A DNA stretch of 64,000 bases from Euprymna scolopes (taxonomy: Eukaryota): NCBI GenBank assembly GCA_053919585.1, contig CM132818.1; one strand, 5' to 3'. The stretch's first letter is position 1, and each line of letters opens with the position of its first letter. The notes under the pieces were generated by a model, which had not been told where the DNA came from, did no database searches, and saw only the letters and a program-made list of their open reading frames with translations. A program made the position numbers and the translations under genes. This document shows, piece after piece, positions 27,874-39,597 of this stretch.

Positions 27874-28023
27874 TAGTAATTTATAAAATATACATGGCGA
27901 TTAAGCTACACTGAATATTCCGCGTTTCATCCACTCTAGGACTCTTCAGGCATGCCTGGGTCCTAGAGTGAATGAAACGCGGAAAATTCAGTGTAGCTTA
28001 ATCGCCATATATATTTGATAAAT

Positions 28024-28028
<5 letters not shown>
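27874..28028. repeat. Snap-back palindrome containing a hammerhead-like core
   Basis: ~70 bp arms centred on CAGGCATGCCTG; minus strand CTGAAGA-GTCC..GGAT-GAAA-CGCG. Confidence 0.8.
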
Positions 28029-28069
<41 letters not shown>

Positions 28070-28189
28070 GTATTCCTGTCTGTCTGTTTGTTTGTTGACA
28101 ATTTTATTAATATATACAAAAGGTCCATTACTTCAATGTTTCATTTATTTCTGTATATAGTATGGTTCTTTTAAAATATACGATTAAGC

Positions 28190-28545
28190 GTAGTTGTCGG
28201 TCATTGAATGTTGATAACAATCAAGTATGAGCCTTAGTCCAAGTTCATCCACGCACAACTGTTTGAGAAATTGTTTCTGAATTAGAGGTAACATATACGA
28301 CGATTTTCAACCAATTGAGAGAGATTGGAATGACAAAAAACTTGATAAATGGGGGCTCACGAATTGAACGACAACCAAAAGAAATGCCGTTATGAAGTGT
28401 CATCTTTCCTTTTATGCAACAAACACGGCCCGTATCTCGACGGGGTTGTGACTTGCGATAAAAAGTTGGTTCCTTACGACAACCAGCGACGCTCAGCTCA
28501 GTGGTTGGACGCCAACGAACTTCCATGGCATTTCTCAAAGTCAGA
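28190..28545 (+). pseudogene. Cecropia-like mariner transposase fragment
   Basis: AHELNDNQKKCRYEVSS..VVTCDKK..YDNQRRSAQWLD; homologous to 20130-20350. Confidence 0.85.
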
Positions 28546-28551
28546 GTTTCG

Positions 28552-28630
<79 letters not shown>

Positions 28631-28631
<1 letters not shown>

Positions 28632-28903
28632 CTCTTATGCATAGATCATCGTATAACGATTAGATCACTCTCTGACTGACGTAAATGAACATTTAAAATT
28701 AAAATGTTTAAATTCGACGTTATTTCACGCGGTTAATGGTAGCCGAATGGATTAGGTCTTCGCTGAACCGAGCCAGAGATGTCTCGTGATGCGGGGTTCG
28801 AATCGTTCGACTGGTATTAATCGTGACACCCTGCACTGAAGATTCCCGAAAGGATGAAACACTAGTGTCTGTAGGTATTTAATAATTATTATAGTAAAAA
28901 AAA

Positions 28904-28907
<4 letters not shown>
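28631..28907 (+). mobile_element. Family HH-A: Pol III-box + hammerhead non-coding element between (TA)n tracts
   Basis: A box TAGCCGAATGG 28740-28750, B box GGTTCGAATC 28795-28804, hammerhead 28830-28875; copies at 50533, 52458(-), 1(-). Confidence 0.85.
28830..28875 (+). ncRNA. Type I hammerhead ribozyme motif
   Basis: Stem I CCTGCA/TGTAGG, core CTGAAGA, stem II TCC-CGAAA-GGA, GAAA, palindromic stem III ACACTAGTGT, GUC cleavage triplet 28867-28869. Confidence 0.8.
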
Positions 28908-28972
<65 letters not shown>

Positions 28973-28973
<1 letters not shown>

Positions 28974-29185
28974 CAGGGTGTTTAGAAAGTCTTGGGAGCA
29001 TTACAAATGCGAATATATCATGAACTATTCCAGGTAGAAAAATGAAACTGGTGCCATAGTCTTAAACGCATAAAGATTTGATTAATCGTGTAGGATGAGC
29101 TCATACCAATTTCATTTTTCAACTCCTAATAGTTTTTGAGTTATTAAAAATCGTTATGTTCCCAAGACTTTTGAAACACCCTGTA
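28973..29185. mobile_element. Tc1/mariner-type MITE
   Basis: TACAGGGTGTTTAGAAAGTCTTGGGAGCAT / ATGTTCCCAAGACTTTTGAAACACCCTGTA. Confidence 0.8.
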
Positions 29186-29299
29186 TAATAAATTCCACAG
29201 CCAAACAACGTCGCAGCTCACAAAAGCCATGACAGTCAACGAACCGGATGTCATGGCTCCTGTGAGCTGCGACGTTGTTTGGCTGTGGAATTTATTATA
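29184..29299. repeat. Near-perfect hairpin, ~50 bp arms, 14 nt loop
   Basis: ATAATAAATTCCACAGCCAAACAACGTCGCAGCTCACA..TGTGAGCTGCGACGTTGTTTGGCTGTGGAATTTATTAT. Confidence 0.9.
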
Positions 29300-29996
29300 T
29301 CTACANNNNNNNNNNNNNNNNNNNNNNNNNNNNNNNNNNNNNNNNNNNNNNNNNNNNNNNNNNNNNNNNNNNNNNNNNNNNNNNNNNNNNNNNNNNNNNN
29401 NNNNNNNNNNNNNNNNNNNNNNNNNNNNNNNNNNNNNAAAATATATTCGAATTATTATTGTAAACCTGTAAAGAAAGTACACAAAATTTTACTTATCTGA
29501 CAATGAGTACAAATAAAATTAAAAGACCTTATTCCGTGGAGTTTTGAAAAATGCAATTCTTCTCATCAGAGGAAATAGGGTTGCAACATATACAATAAAT
29601 TTCGCAGGTTAATGCATTGAAAGAAACTATAAATACAAAATTAATCATATTTACGTAAAAAGTTATTAAACAGTTAACGTTTATAGGGATTCAAAATGAT
29701 TATGAAATCAGGAAATGGGAAAAAGCGATAAAAGGATATGGTAAAAATCCATTGAATAAGAAGGTAAAATCCAAAAGAGGATAAATTAAAACGAAGTCAA
29801 TTGATAACCTATTGGTAATCCATAAGAAACGAGGAAAACAGAATTAGAAACGTCCAGGGTAAATAAATGCTTCCAGAAAAAAACAACAGATCATGGAGAA
29901 GTAAAGTTCCATTTTTTAAAACCTTTTTAAATAACGGATAAGGTAATTGGAAGTGTTGAGAGTAAGATTCAAGGGATAGCAATAAAAGATTGAAAT

Positions 29997-30872
29997 GTAT
30001 GTAATATATTTTCATATGTAATATATTTTCATATGCAATATATTTCATATGTAATATATTTTCATATGCAATATATTTCATATGTAATATATTTTCATAT
30101 GTAATATATTTCATATGTAATATATTTTCATATGTAATATATTTCATATGTAATATATTTTCATATGTAATATATTTTCATATGTAATATATTCCATATG
30201 TAATATATTTCATATGTAATATATTTTCATATGCAATATGTTTTCATATGTAATATATTTCATATGTAATATATTTCATATGTAATATGTAATATATTTC
30301 ATATGTAATATATTTCATATGTAATATATTTTCATATGTAATATATTTCATATGTAATATATTTTCATATGTAATATATTTCATAGGTAATATATTTCAT
30401 ATGTAATATATTTCATAGGTAATATATTTCATATGTAATATATTTCATATGTAATATATTTTATATGTAATATATTTCATATGTAATATATTTCATATGT
30501 AATATATTTCATATGTAATATATTTTCATATGTAATATATTTCATATGTAATATATTTCATAGGTAATATATTTCATATGAAAATATATTTTCATATGTA
30601 ATATATTTCATAGGTAATATATTTCATATGAAAATATATTTTCATATGTAATATATTTCATAGGTAATATATTTCATATGAAAATATATTTTCATATGTA
30701 ATATATTTTCATATGTAATATATTTTCGTATGTAATATATTTCATATGAAAATATATTTTCATATGTAATATATTTTCATATGTAATATATTTTCGTATG
30801 TAATATATTTCATATGTAATATATTTCATATGTAATATATTTCATAGTTAATATATTTTCATATGTAATATA
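29997..30872. repeat. AT-rich minisatellite, 18-19 bp unit CATATGTAATATATTT(T)
   Basis: Dozens of tandem units with variants (CATAGG, GAAAATA, TTCGTA) forming higher-order repeats. Confidence 0.95.
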
Positions 30873-32801
30873 TACTGCTGAGCATTCTGTAGACCTTCAG
30901 CGTGAAGGCAGACCCCGCGATATTATTGTAACCTTTTAAAACTGTAAAAGTATTTATCTGATTAATGTAGTGTCTAAATATAACTGGTTATTACGGTTTA
31001 TCTCCAATATCCTTATGAGTCTGTGATATATTTCTATTGTATGTTCGCCCGGCGCGAACGGAAACCTCACGATATTATTATACTATCGTTAGATAGAACA
31101 GATATTATCCTTGTATCCTAGCCAGAAGGCCAAGAAGGTATATTTGAGTTTCACGCACTGTCTAAAAGCGACATCATCTCTTTTTTTATTTTTTATATTG
31201 CATCTTCGGTGGTCGAGAAATTCTAGTTAATAAATGGGGGACAGATGATAATATACTGCGAATATTAAATTAGCGTATCTGTACACTAATTTAGTGTTCA
31301 TAGTATTTTATTACATTCTATCCTTTTTAATAAATAAGGTCACCCAATCGAATAATCTATAATCTGGAAACCGTGACGCGTTAAAGATACTATGATATTA
31401 AAATATGGATTTTTATAATCGCTTATGTTTGAATTCATGTTTTTAAACATGACGTAAATCATAATTTTGTGACGTCAGACCAAAGCTATAATTTTTTTTA
31501 TGCAAACAACTTAGTAGTCCTATAGTTGACTCATCAGAAAACTTATTGAAGGAGGCCCTGAAGAAACACCACGTGCCTAACAAGATCAACATCTAATCAT
31601 GGAATATTATTATTTTAAGATGAGAATCGGCACAACGACTGTCATGTTGGAATTGGAATAAGTTGGGATGTAGAATAACAACAGGTTGTAAGATGTAAAC
31701 TATTTCACGTTAGTCATTAATATGTCAATTAAATATGATGAGAAAGAATGCACAACCCCATTAACGGAAACGAGAGCTACGCGGTCATCAATCAGAAGCT
31801 GTATAGGCAGCAGGATCATCATAGCGTCATCTGTAGTTGAAGGAATGTGGATATTACAAGATGTAGAAGAGCTAATTCCGGATGAGTTTCAATCTGGCAA
31901 TGTCAAGGTCACTAGTTTTGAAGCGAGGCAGTATTTCTTTAAAAAGATCCGCTTTACCGTACTGAAAAACAAAAAAGTGTGTAGACGTTCAAAGTCTGCC
32001 TAACAAATCTTACCGTACGCCAAAACAAATATCTATCGCAGATCTTGGAGGAGGATGAAAGAAGCAGAACGAATCCTATTGGTCGGATTGGACCACGTCT
32101 AAGTTGATTAGAACATGACTCAAATGTTGATATTTGCCACCTTTACTGTGTACGTGAAATGCAAACAATGATGACACGGGTATAAACTACACGCTGACGA
32201 CAATATTATTCCCAAAAGGAATACAAGATGGGTGTCCCTGGGACATGAAAAACAGGTCTACCAAAACAAATCTAATTAAACAAATTAAATGTCATCGGAT
32301 CGCATCGTTCTCAAGCCTTTGACCATGTATGGCGGCCGTAGTAATCCAGTGTGATCCNNNNNNNNNNNNNNNNNNNNNNNNNNNNNNNNNNNNNNNNNNN
32401 NNNNNNNNNNNNNNNNNNNNNNNNNNNNNNNNNNNNNNNNNNNNNNNNNNNNNNNNNNNNNNNNNNNNNNNNNNNNNNNNNNNNNNNNNNNNNNNNNNCA
32501 CGATTGCACAACCTTGCCTCACAATTACTTCCGCAGCTACTCTTACAAGGGTTTCTATTGTCTCTTGAAACTGAACAGAGGCANNNNNNNNNNNNNNNNN
32601 NNNNNNNNNNNNNNNNNNNNNNNNNNNNNNNNNNNNNNNNNNNNNNNNNNNNNNNNNNNNNNNNNNNNNNNNNNNNNNNNNNNNNNNNNNNNNNNNNNNN
32701 NNNNNNNNNNNNNNNNNNNNNNNNNNNNNNNNNNNNNNNNNNNNNNNNNNNNNTGCTGGGTATGGGGCAGCCAAACCAGCTGCCAACATTGCCCCGCTTT
32801 T

Positions 32802-33075
32802 TTATTGAAACCAACCGAGAGCTCTTTTTAGTATCCTCGCTCTTCCCTTAAGTGCAATTGTCTGAATCTCTTTTGCACTTGGTTCACCAGGAATATTAGT
32901 TAGGTAGGACTTCAGGTTCTTCTTCATAAGTCCTGTGGCACCTATGATAACTGGTATGATCGATATCCCCTTTAGGTTCCAGTTTCTTTTCATATCATAC
33001 ATGAGACCTTGGTATTTGGTCTGTTTCTCTCTTTCAGCTCTGTTAAGACCGCTATCATTAGGAACAGTCACTTCA
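32802..33075 (-). pseudogene. R4/Dong-like non-LTR retrotransposon C-terminus (restriction-like endonuclease region)
   Basis: TVPND..AEREKQTKYQGL..WNLK..IIPVIIGATG..IQTIALKG..RILKRAL; truncated at the adjacent Helitron. Confidence 0.8.
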
Positions 33076-33079
33076 ATTT

Positions 33080-33765
33080 TAAAAAGCTGATTACATATAA
33101 TGATAGAAGATGTATCGAGACACAGGAATGGGTATGTTTCATCTGGCAGAACGGTGGTTCATTAAAATTGTGGGGTCTGCGTTCGCGCCTGGTCCACAAA
33201 GTATGGAAATAAAAAATTTAAAAATTAAAAGAAAACTTTTACAAGTGTTTTTGATATAGATGTACATAAGAATACTTTGATAAGTATGTTTTAACTTAAA
33301 TAGGGATGGTATAATAAAATTGTGGGGTCTGCGTTCGCGCCTAGCCTCCATAGAATGGAAATAGGCACAAACTTTAATAAAGACCTTTTATATCTATCTG
33401 CGTAAGTATACTTTGATAATTATGTTTCAGTTTGAAGAAATATGGTATAATAAAATTATGGGGTGTTCGTTTGCACCTGACCTCCATAGAATGGAAATAT
33501 GTCACAAAGTTTAACAAGTTTTTTTTTAATATAGATCCATAGAATATTGTGGTAAGTGTTTCAGTGTGAACAGGTATGGTATAATAAATTATGGGGTTTA
33601 TCTATTTTATTTTTACTTTCGTCATATTTTGCTTTGGTTTTGATACCCCCAAATTCAACCCAAATTTTCAACCCTTCCTTTTCATAAGCTATCATACTTT
33701 CATAAATCAGAGTCCATTTTCTGTAGGCTGTTTTTGAACCCAGTCAACAACGGGTACTTTTGCTA

Positions 33766-33767
<2 letters not shown>
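33080..33767 (+). mobile_element. Non-autonomous Helitron with 3' hairpin-CTAG end
   Basis: Ends CCCAGTCAACAACGGGTACTTTTGCTAGT before (TA)n; homologous to 16380-18258. Confidence 0.75.
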
Positions 33768-33838
<71 letters not shown>

Positions 33839-33841
<3 letters not shown>

Positions 33842-34650
33842 CAGGCCGCCCGGCGTTGCCAGGTTGTAAAATACGCTTAAATATTATATTTTGATTAATG
33901 CAGATTTCGTATTTATTATTATATTATATTGGACCCAATATATAGTAATGATTTAAAAAGTTTTGGAAAAAATCACTATTGCGCCACTACCGAGAATCGA
34001 AACCAAAACGTTTAGCTAGCGATTTACTTTTTTTTACTTATATAATAAGTTTCATGTCTGTAAACCAAAAAAACAAACAAAAAAAAAACTGACAGGAGTT
34101 TGCTAGGCAAAACTTTTAAACAAATATATATACGCATACATACATATATAGAGAGGAAGAGGTTTGTGTTTACTATAACCTTTTTACGCGAATATTACGC
34201 AAGTATAAATCATGTAGAATATCTGCATGAATATAATTACTAGGGCTATGACAAGAGAATGTTCTTTGCATTATTTTGACTCCCGAGTATATATCAGTTA
34301 ATATCTCTTTTTTAGATAGAGTGATGTGGTTCTCGATTGATTAACTGTGTCGGATATATACTAGAGAGTCAAAACAATGATAAGAATATTCTCTTGTCAT
34401 AGTCCTAATAATTACACGTAATAGTTAACTAAAGATGATCATCCCATAAGAAAACCGAAAAAAAAAACTAATAGAGAATTAATTAAAATGAATGTTTAAA
34501 AGAATATGCAAATTAGCTAGATATTTTGCAGATGAATGCAATTCCATGACCCATATATAACAATGTTACTTTTCGTCATTTTTAAATGAATAGAAAAAAA
34601 GTGTTTTTAATATGAATATCAATACACACAAAAAAAAAATATAGGCATAT
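33839..34650 (-). mobile_element. Non-autonomous Helitron
   Basis: Minus-strand 3' end CCTGGCAACGCCGGG..GCTA(TA)n; homologous to 15385-16250. Confidence 0.7.
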
Positions 34651-34673
34651 ATATATGTGTCTGCATATATATA

Positions 34674-34786
34674 TAGGGTAACCCGTATATAAGAGATTTC
34701 TTCTACGGGGGAGGGAGGGACTCTACTGCTCTTTTATATTCAGATTACAATTATATCCGGGGGTTTTATATCCGGGTTACACTGTA
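34674..34786. mobile_element. Small pogo/Tigger-like MITE
   Basis: TAGGGTAACCCGTATATAA / TTATATCCGGGTTACACTGTA. Confidence 0.5.
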
Positions 34787-35639
34787 AATTAACACAGGCT
34801 TTAATTTGGTACCACCGAAAATCTCTCTTATATATGTTTGTCTTATATTCGGGTCTCTTAAATCCGGGTACATTATGTGTGTATATATACATACTGACAT
34901 AGTTGAATTTATGCTAAGAATTACGAAATTCTATTTCATGATCTGAACTTTGAATGCACTTGTATGTAGTCAAATTACTAAATGCTCACTGAAAGTAACA
35001 ACTGCCGTATCTATTGCTTCTTCCGGTCCAATTAACCCTATAAGTAATTGCTAAGCGCGTTAAAAGAATTTATGTGATTTACATACCGTTAACTCGCACC
35101 AATGCAAAACTTCGTAAATCCAATTAAAATAACGATTTTATCTCTGATTAGTGCGTCTTAAAATATTTACGATTTAAGCGCAGTTTCACACTGAATAAAC
35201 TTATCAAACGGCGATGATTAATAAGAACTTCTTTTTTTAAATCGAGAAACAAAATACATCGACGTTGATTCTGGTATAATATTAACACTCTGGGGATGTT
35301 GTTTCTCATCTTTTTTGCTTGTTACGATGCACATTCCATTTAACGTCATCCGGGAACCAACACGTTGTATACATCAGTGGACAAAAAATATAAATTTATT
35401 TCAAGGCGCTTTTTTTTTTCTGTTGTACGACATTTATTTTCTTATTCTCTCGTTACGGCTGTGACATCCCTCGAGTGATTGTCTTCTCGGGCGTCATTTA
35501 CGCCTCTTACGTGATCTCGAAGGTTCTTCACGTCTCCAACGGGATGTCCTTTGGAAAATCTTTATTTTCCCTACCGGTGACGTCATTTCGCAGACATGTC
35601 CGCGCTGTGTTACATTTATATGTGCAGGAATGTTTTAGA

Positions 35640-36540
35640 TTTTTTTTTTACATGTAGGTCACCACTTATCAAGGCCCAGAAGCCACTCGGAGATAAGGGT
35701 TATTTTGTGTACAGTAATCAATGGGATAGTGTTGCAGTATTCATTAGTATTGGAGATTTGATAAAGTGTCATTACTTAAGGTGGCGGTTCATCAGGAATT
35801 TGTTTATGTTGGACTTGAAGGCATCCATGTTGAAGTCAGGAGGGAAACAGGCAAGCGGTAGAGAGTTCCACAGGCGTGCAGTTCTAAGAATGAAGTTTTG
35901 TTCATGAAATTTACGTTTTGATTTAGGCACAGATAAAGAGTGGGGAAAATTATTGACAGTGGTTTCAACTAGACGGGTGTTTATCGTGAAAAATTAGCGA
36001 GGGGGAACCAGAGATTGGAGCTCAGACGAGCACCTGCCATGGAAATAACGATAAAACAAGGATAGGCTCGCGAAGTCTCTTCTGTGGGAGGGAGGTTGCA
36101 AGGAAGAGAAAAGGGCATCCCCCACTAAACCACGAAGTCTATTTTGTACTCTGTCAAGGCAGGATAGCTCCTGCCCAGATGTGGCAGCAGTATTCCACGT
36201 GCGTGGCTTTGATAGAGAATTGCATCAGTAGTGAGATATCTTCTGGAGCGGTAGAAGGATCCCACCATTTTTCCAGCGACCTTGGTAACAGACTTGATGT
36301 ACGTGTTCCATTTCAGATCAGGAGTAAAGGTCAAACCCAGAAGCTTGTCAAGACATGGGGCCTCCCCTAGACGAGATCCATCCATTTCAATTGATGCCAG
36401 ATGGGGATCAGAGTGTTAATGATGTAAAGATAGGAGCTTGGTTTTAGATGCATTAAAGGTAACCAGACATCTCTTCTCCCACTGTACCACGCGCTCGAGA
36501 TCAGAGGGGAGAGAATCAGAGAGAACTTTGTCATTGCTGG
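35640..36540 (-). pseudogene. 5'-truncated CR1-like LINE (RT C-terminal region, 3' UTR, A-rich tail)
   Basis: LLGLTFTPDLKWNTYIKSV..KMVGSFYRSRRYLTTDAILY; LVTFNASKT upstream; T-run at ~35640. Confidence 0.85.
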
Positions 36541-37249
36541 AATAAGGAGACGTATGACGTAAATGATGAGCCAGCGTTACGAGAGATGGCTATAAGAATG
36601 GGATGCTGTAAATAATTAAAATAGAGAAAGAAGCGATAAAAAGCAGTGAAATATAAAGAGGGTGAGAGAGAGAAAGAGAGAGTCCATTATGACATCACAA
36701 TGGATTCTGATTTTGTAAAATCCGTTGACTTTATCGAACTTGTAAAAACATGGCTATCAACCAACTATCTCATGGGCATTTTTTTATTATTTGATGTAAT
36801 GTTTCTTTACATATACCTGGCAACAGATGATGAGACTCATCTGTCATAATACATGCAAATGTAAACAAATCTGGATAAAAATTCCATTAATGAAGTTGTC
36901 AGTTGAATGATGAACAATACTATGAGAGGATGGAATAGACATTTTAATACTAAAGAGGATAGCTCGACAACAATTTATTAGCCTTGGACTTGAAGACGAC
37001 CATGTTTTGGTCAGCAACGAAACAGTCACATGGTAATGTTTTCAAGGATAGAAGGTTCTTGGAAAGTAACTTTATTTCGTTTAAGTTTCCCTTTAGTTTT
37101 AAGTTGTGCAGAGGAAATAAGGGAAATTTCTTTAGAGTTGTGATGGGCAGACGTGTGTAATGTTACTGAACACGTTGTCGCCTCAGTAGTAAAGTAGAGA
37201 AAGAAGAGAAAAGAACTTTAACTCGCTTTGTTGTTGTTGTTGTTGTTGC

Positions 37250-37302
<53 letters not shown>

Positions 37303-37499
37303 GTACAACGACATTTATTTCCTTAATCTCCCACCACACATGACAAATGATTGTTTTCTCAAACGTGCTCTTGAACGTCATCCACTTCTCTAACGTGATC
37401 GTCTTCTCAAACGTGCTTCCTCTCCTTTTTATCGCCTTCTTTTTTCCTTACCGCGACGTCATTTCGTTTACATTTGCATATAGCCGTTCATGCTATGTT

Positions 37500-37690
37500 A
37501 CACGTGTTCTTGCTGCAAATTTTTTGCGGAGAACCAGAAATTAGGAGTTCGGAAACGTACCATCCGTGGAAACAACGATAGAGAAAGACTAGCTATGTCT
37601 AATCTCCGAGAATGGGTCTGTAAAGAACAGCAGAGGTTATCTACGACTAGATTGCGAAGACGATTTTGTATTTTGTCAATGCGATAAAGT
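37500..37690 (-). pseudogene. CR1-like LINE fragment
   Basis: IDKIQNRLRNLV..SLQTHSRRLDIASLSL resembles the LD.IQ.R..LQPL.HRR.VASLSLF motif. Confidence 0.55.
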
Positions 37691-38131
37691 GTACTTTCTA
37701 ACCCAGTAGTCCATCTTCGGTCGACGATCATATCAAGAGTTAGTTAATCACTGGAGTGCTAAAACGATCCAACAATTTTTATCCAGTAACCTTGACAAAC
37801 GTTTGGATTACAGCGTGACGAAAGCAGAAGAAAAAGAATATTGCTTGTGCGTCTGCCCATTGGATCATATTTAATCATATACGCTTTTATAAGAAAGAAA
37901 GAACCTACTAAAAAAGTAAAACACAAAAAAAAGATAAAAACAACATTAAAGGTATAAAAATGAGAGAAAAAAAATCTTTTAACTAAGTTGAACACATTTA
38001 TTTCTATTCACACCAGTCAGGGATAAGTCCTCGACAATCGATCAAGCAGTAACTCTCTTGCTGTCAGATTTAGGTATGATCCTGTTCAGTTTTAGGAGTT
38101 CCATCCTCCCAGGTTTTACCTTCTCCTTAGT

Positions 38132-38184
<53 letters not shown>

Positions 38185-38375
38185 GTGTGTGTGTGTGTGT
38201 GTGTTTATAGAAAAAATATGTTTTTTCAGTTATATTTCACTCTTTATTAATACCAATCCTTTTTATTCATTTATTGACGTGTCGAAAGCAATAAATAGTA
38301 AGATGAATAAAATCTTGAAAATTTCGAACATAGCTGTTTTGTCATTCATTTTTCATATATATATATATATATATG

Positions 38376-38805
38376 CTAGCATTTCGCCCCGGCGTTGCCC
38401 GGGTGTTTGAGGGTGTATGCTGAGCAAAAAAAAAAAAAAAAAGAAGAAGCAAAGGTCAATTTTTTTAAATTTGACCCCTATTATGATCCCTTAAAATTTA
38501 TTGTTGTGGGCTCCAATATAGTTATTAAGTTATATCCATGTCCAAGGAACCTATATCTTAAATTTCAAGTGTTTAGACCCAAAATTGTCGGAGGAGTTTG
38601 GTAGAGTTCTCAAAGGTCAAATCGTTGAACTTTGACCCCTTAACAGACAAATTTCAGGCCGAAAACCAATCACATCGATTTTCCCAAATCTCAGTACTCT
38701 GTATATCAAGTTTCGAGTCTGTAGATGTAAAATTAACAGAGTTATTGCGAAGGAAAATGTACACAGACACACCGACAGACAGACAGACACGTTAATTTTT
38801 ATAGA
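38376..38805 (-). mobile_element. Complete small non-autonomous Helitron
   Basis: Minus strand 5' A|TCTATAAAAATTAACGTGTCTGTCTGTCTG; 3' CCCGGGCAACGCCGGG hairpin ~10 nt before CTAG. Confidence 0.85.
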
Positions 38806-38809
38806 TATA

Positions 38810-39597
38810 CTAGCATTTCAGCCCGACGTTGCCCGGGTGTTTGGATGTGTATGTTAGCAAAAAAAAAAATGTGGTAGTAGGAAGGCAGGCTCGAACCCGT
38901 GCCGCAAAGGAGGAAAAGAACGGGGTAAACCTAACGTTTATGCTGTTATGACCACCGCCAAACCGGAAGTTACATTTTTTTAAATTAAGGCTAGACAATC
39001 TAAAGGAGAGGATAACTTTCAAAAATATCGCCGAAAAAAGCGACCCACCCCTCTAGAAAAGTCCCTAATTGAAGGGGAAGATATTAATGTTTTTAGCCAA
39101 TTTTTCGATATTTGTTCTATGAAAGGTCAAACTATGAAACGATACTGATCTTGGTAAAATCCGTTGCGTCTATTGAAAATTTAAGGCAGACATGCAAACA
39201 GACATACATACATTTATATTTTGGTAACTAAAAATTTTCGACCCAAACTAATGAAAAAGCTTGCCCTATCTCTGAATACCCTTTATGTAAAATTTCAAAT
39301 ATTTAGACCAGGAATTGTCTGAGTAATTTGAAGAGACCGCAGAGGAAATTTTTTTTTAACTTTGACCCCTATTATGACCCCTTGTCCAAGGAACCTATAT
39401 CTAAAATTTCAAGTGCGTAGACCCAAAATTGTCGGGGGAGTTTGGTAGAGTTCTCAAAGGTCAAATCGTTGAACTTTGACCCCTTAATCGCCAAATTTCT
39501 GGGCCAAAACCGATCACATCGATTTTTTCCAAATCTCAGTATCCTGTATATCAAATTACGAGTCTGTAGACTGAAAATTGACAGAGTTATTGCGTAG
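38810..39597 (-). mobile_element. Longer Helitron of the same family, head-to-tail with 38376-38805; 5' end in gap
   Basis: CCCGGGCAACGTCGGG..GCTAG|T end; 39360-39597 matches 38465-38750. Confidence 0.85.

Noticed and set aside
29997-30872. Regular short repeats as a CRISPR-like array or coding repeat (MKYITYENILH)
   Set aside because: Contiguous tandem units with no unique spacers in a eukaryotic context; simple minisatellite
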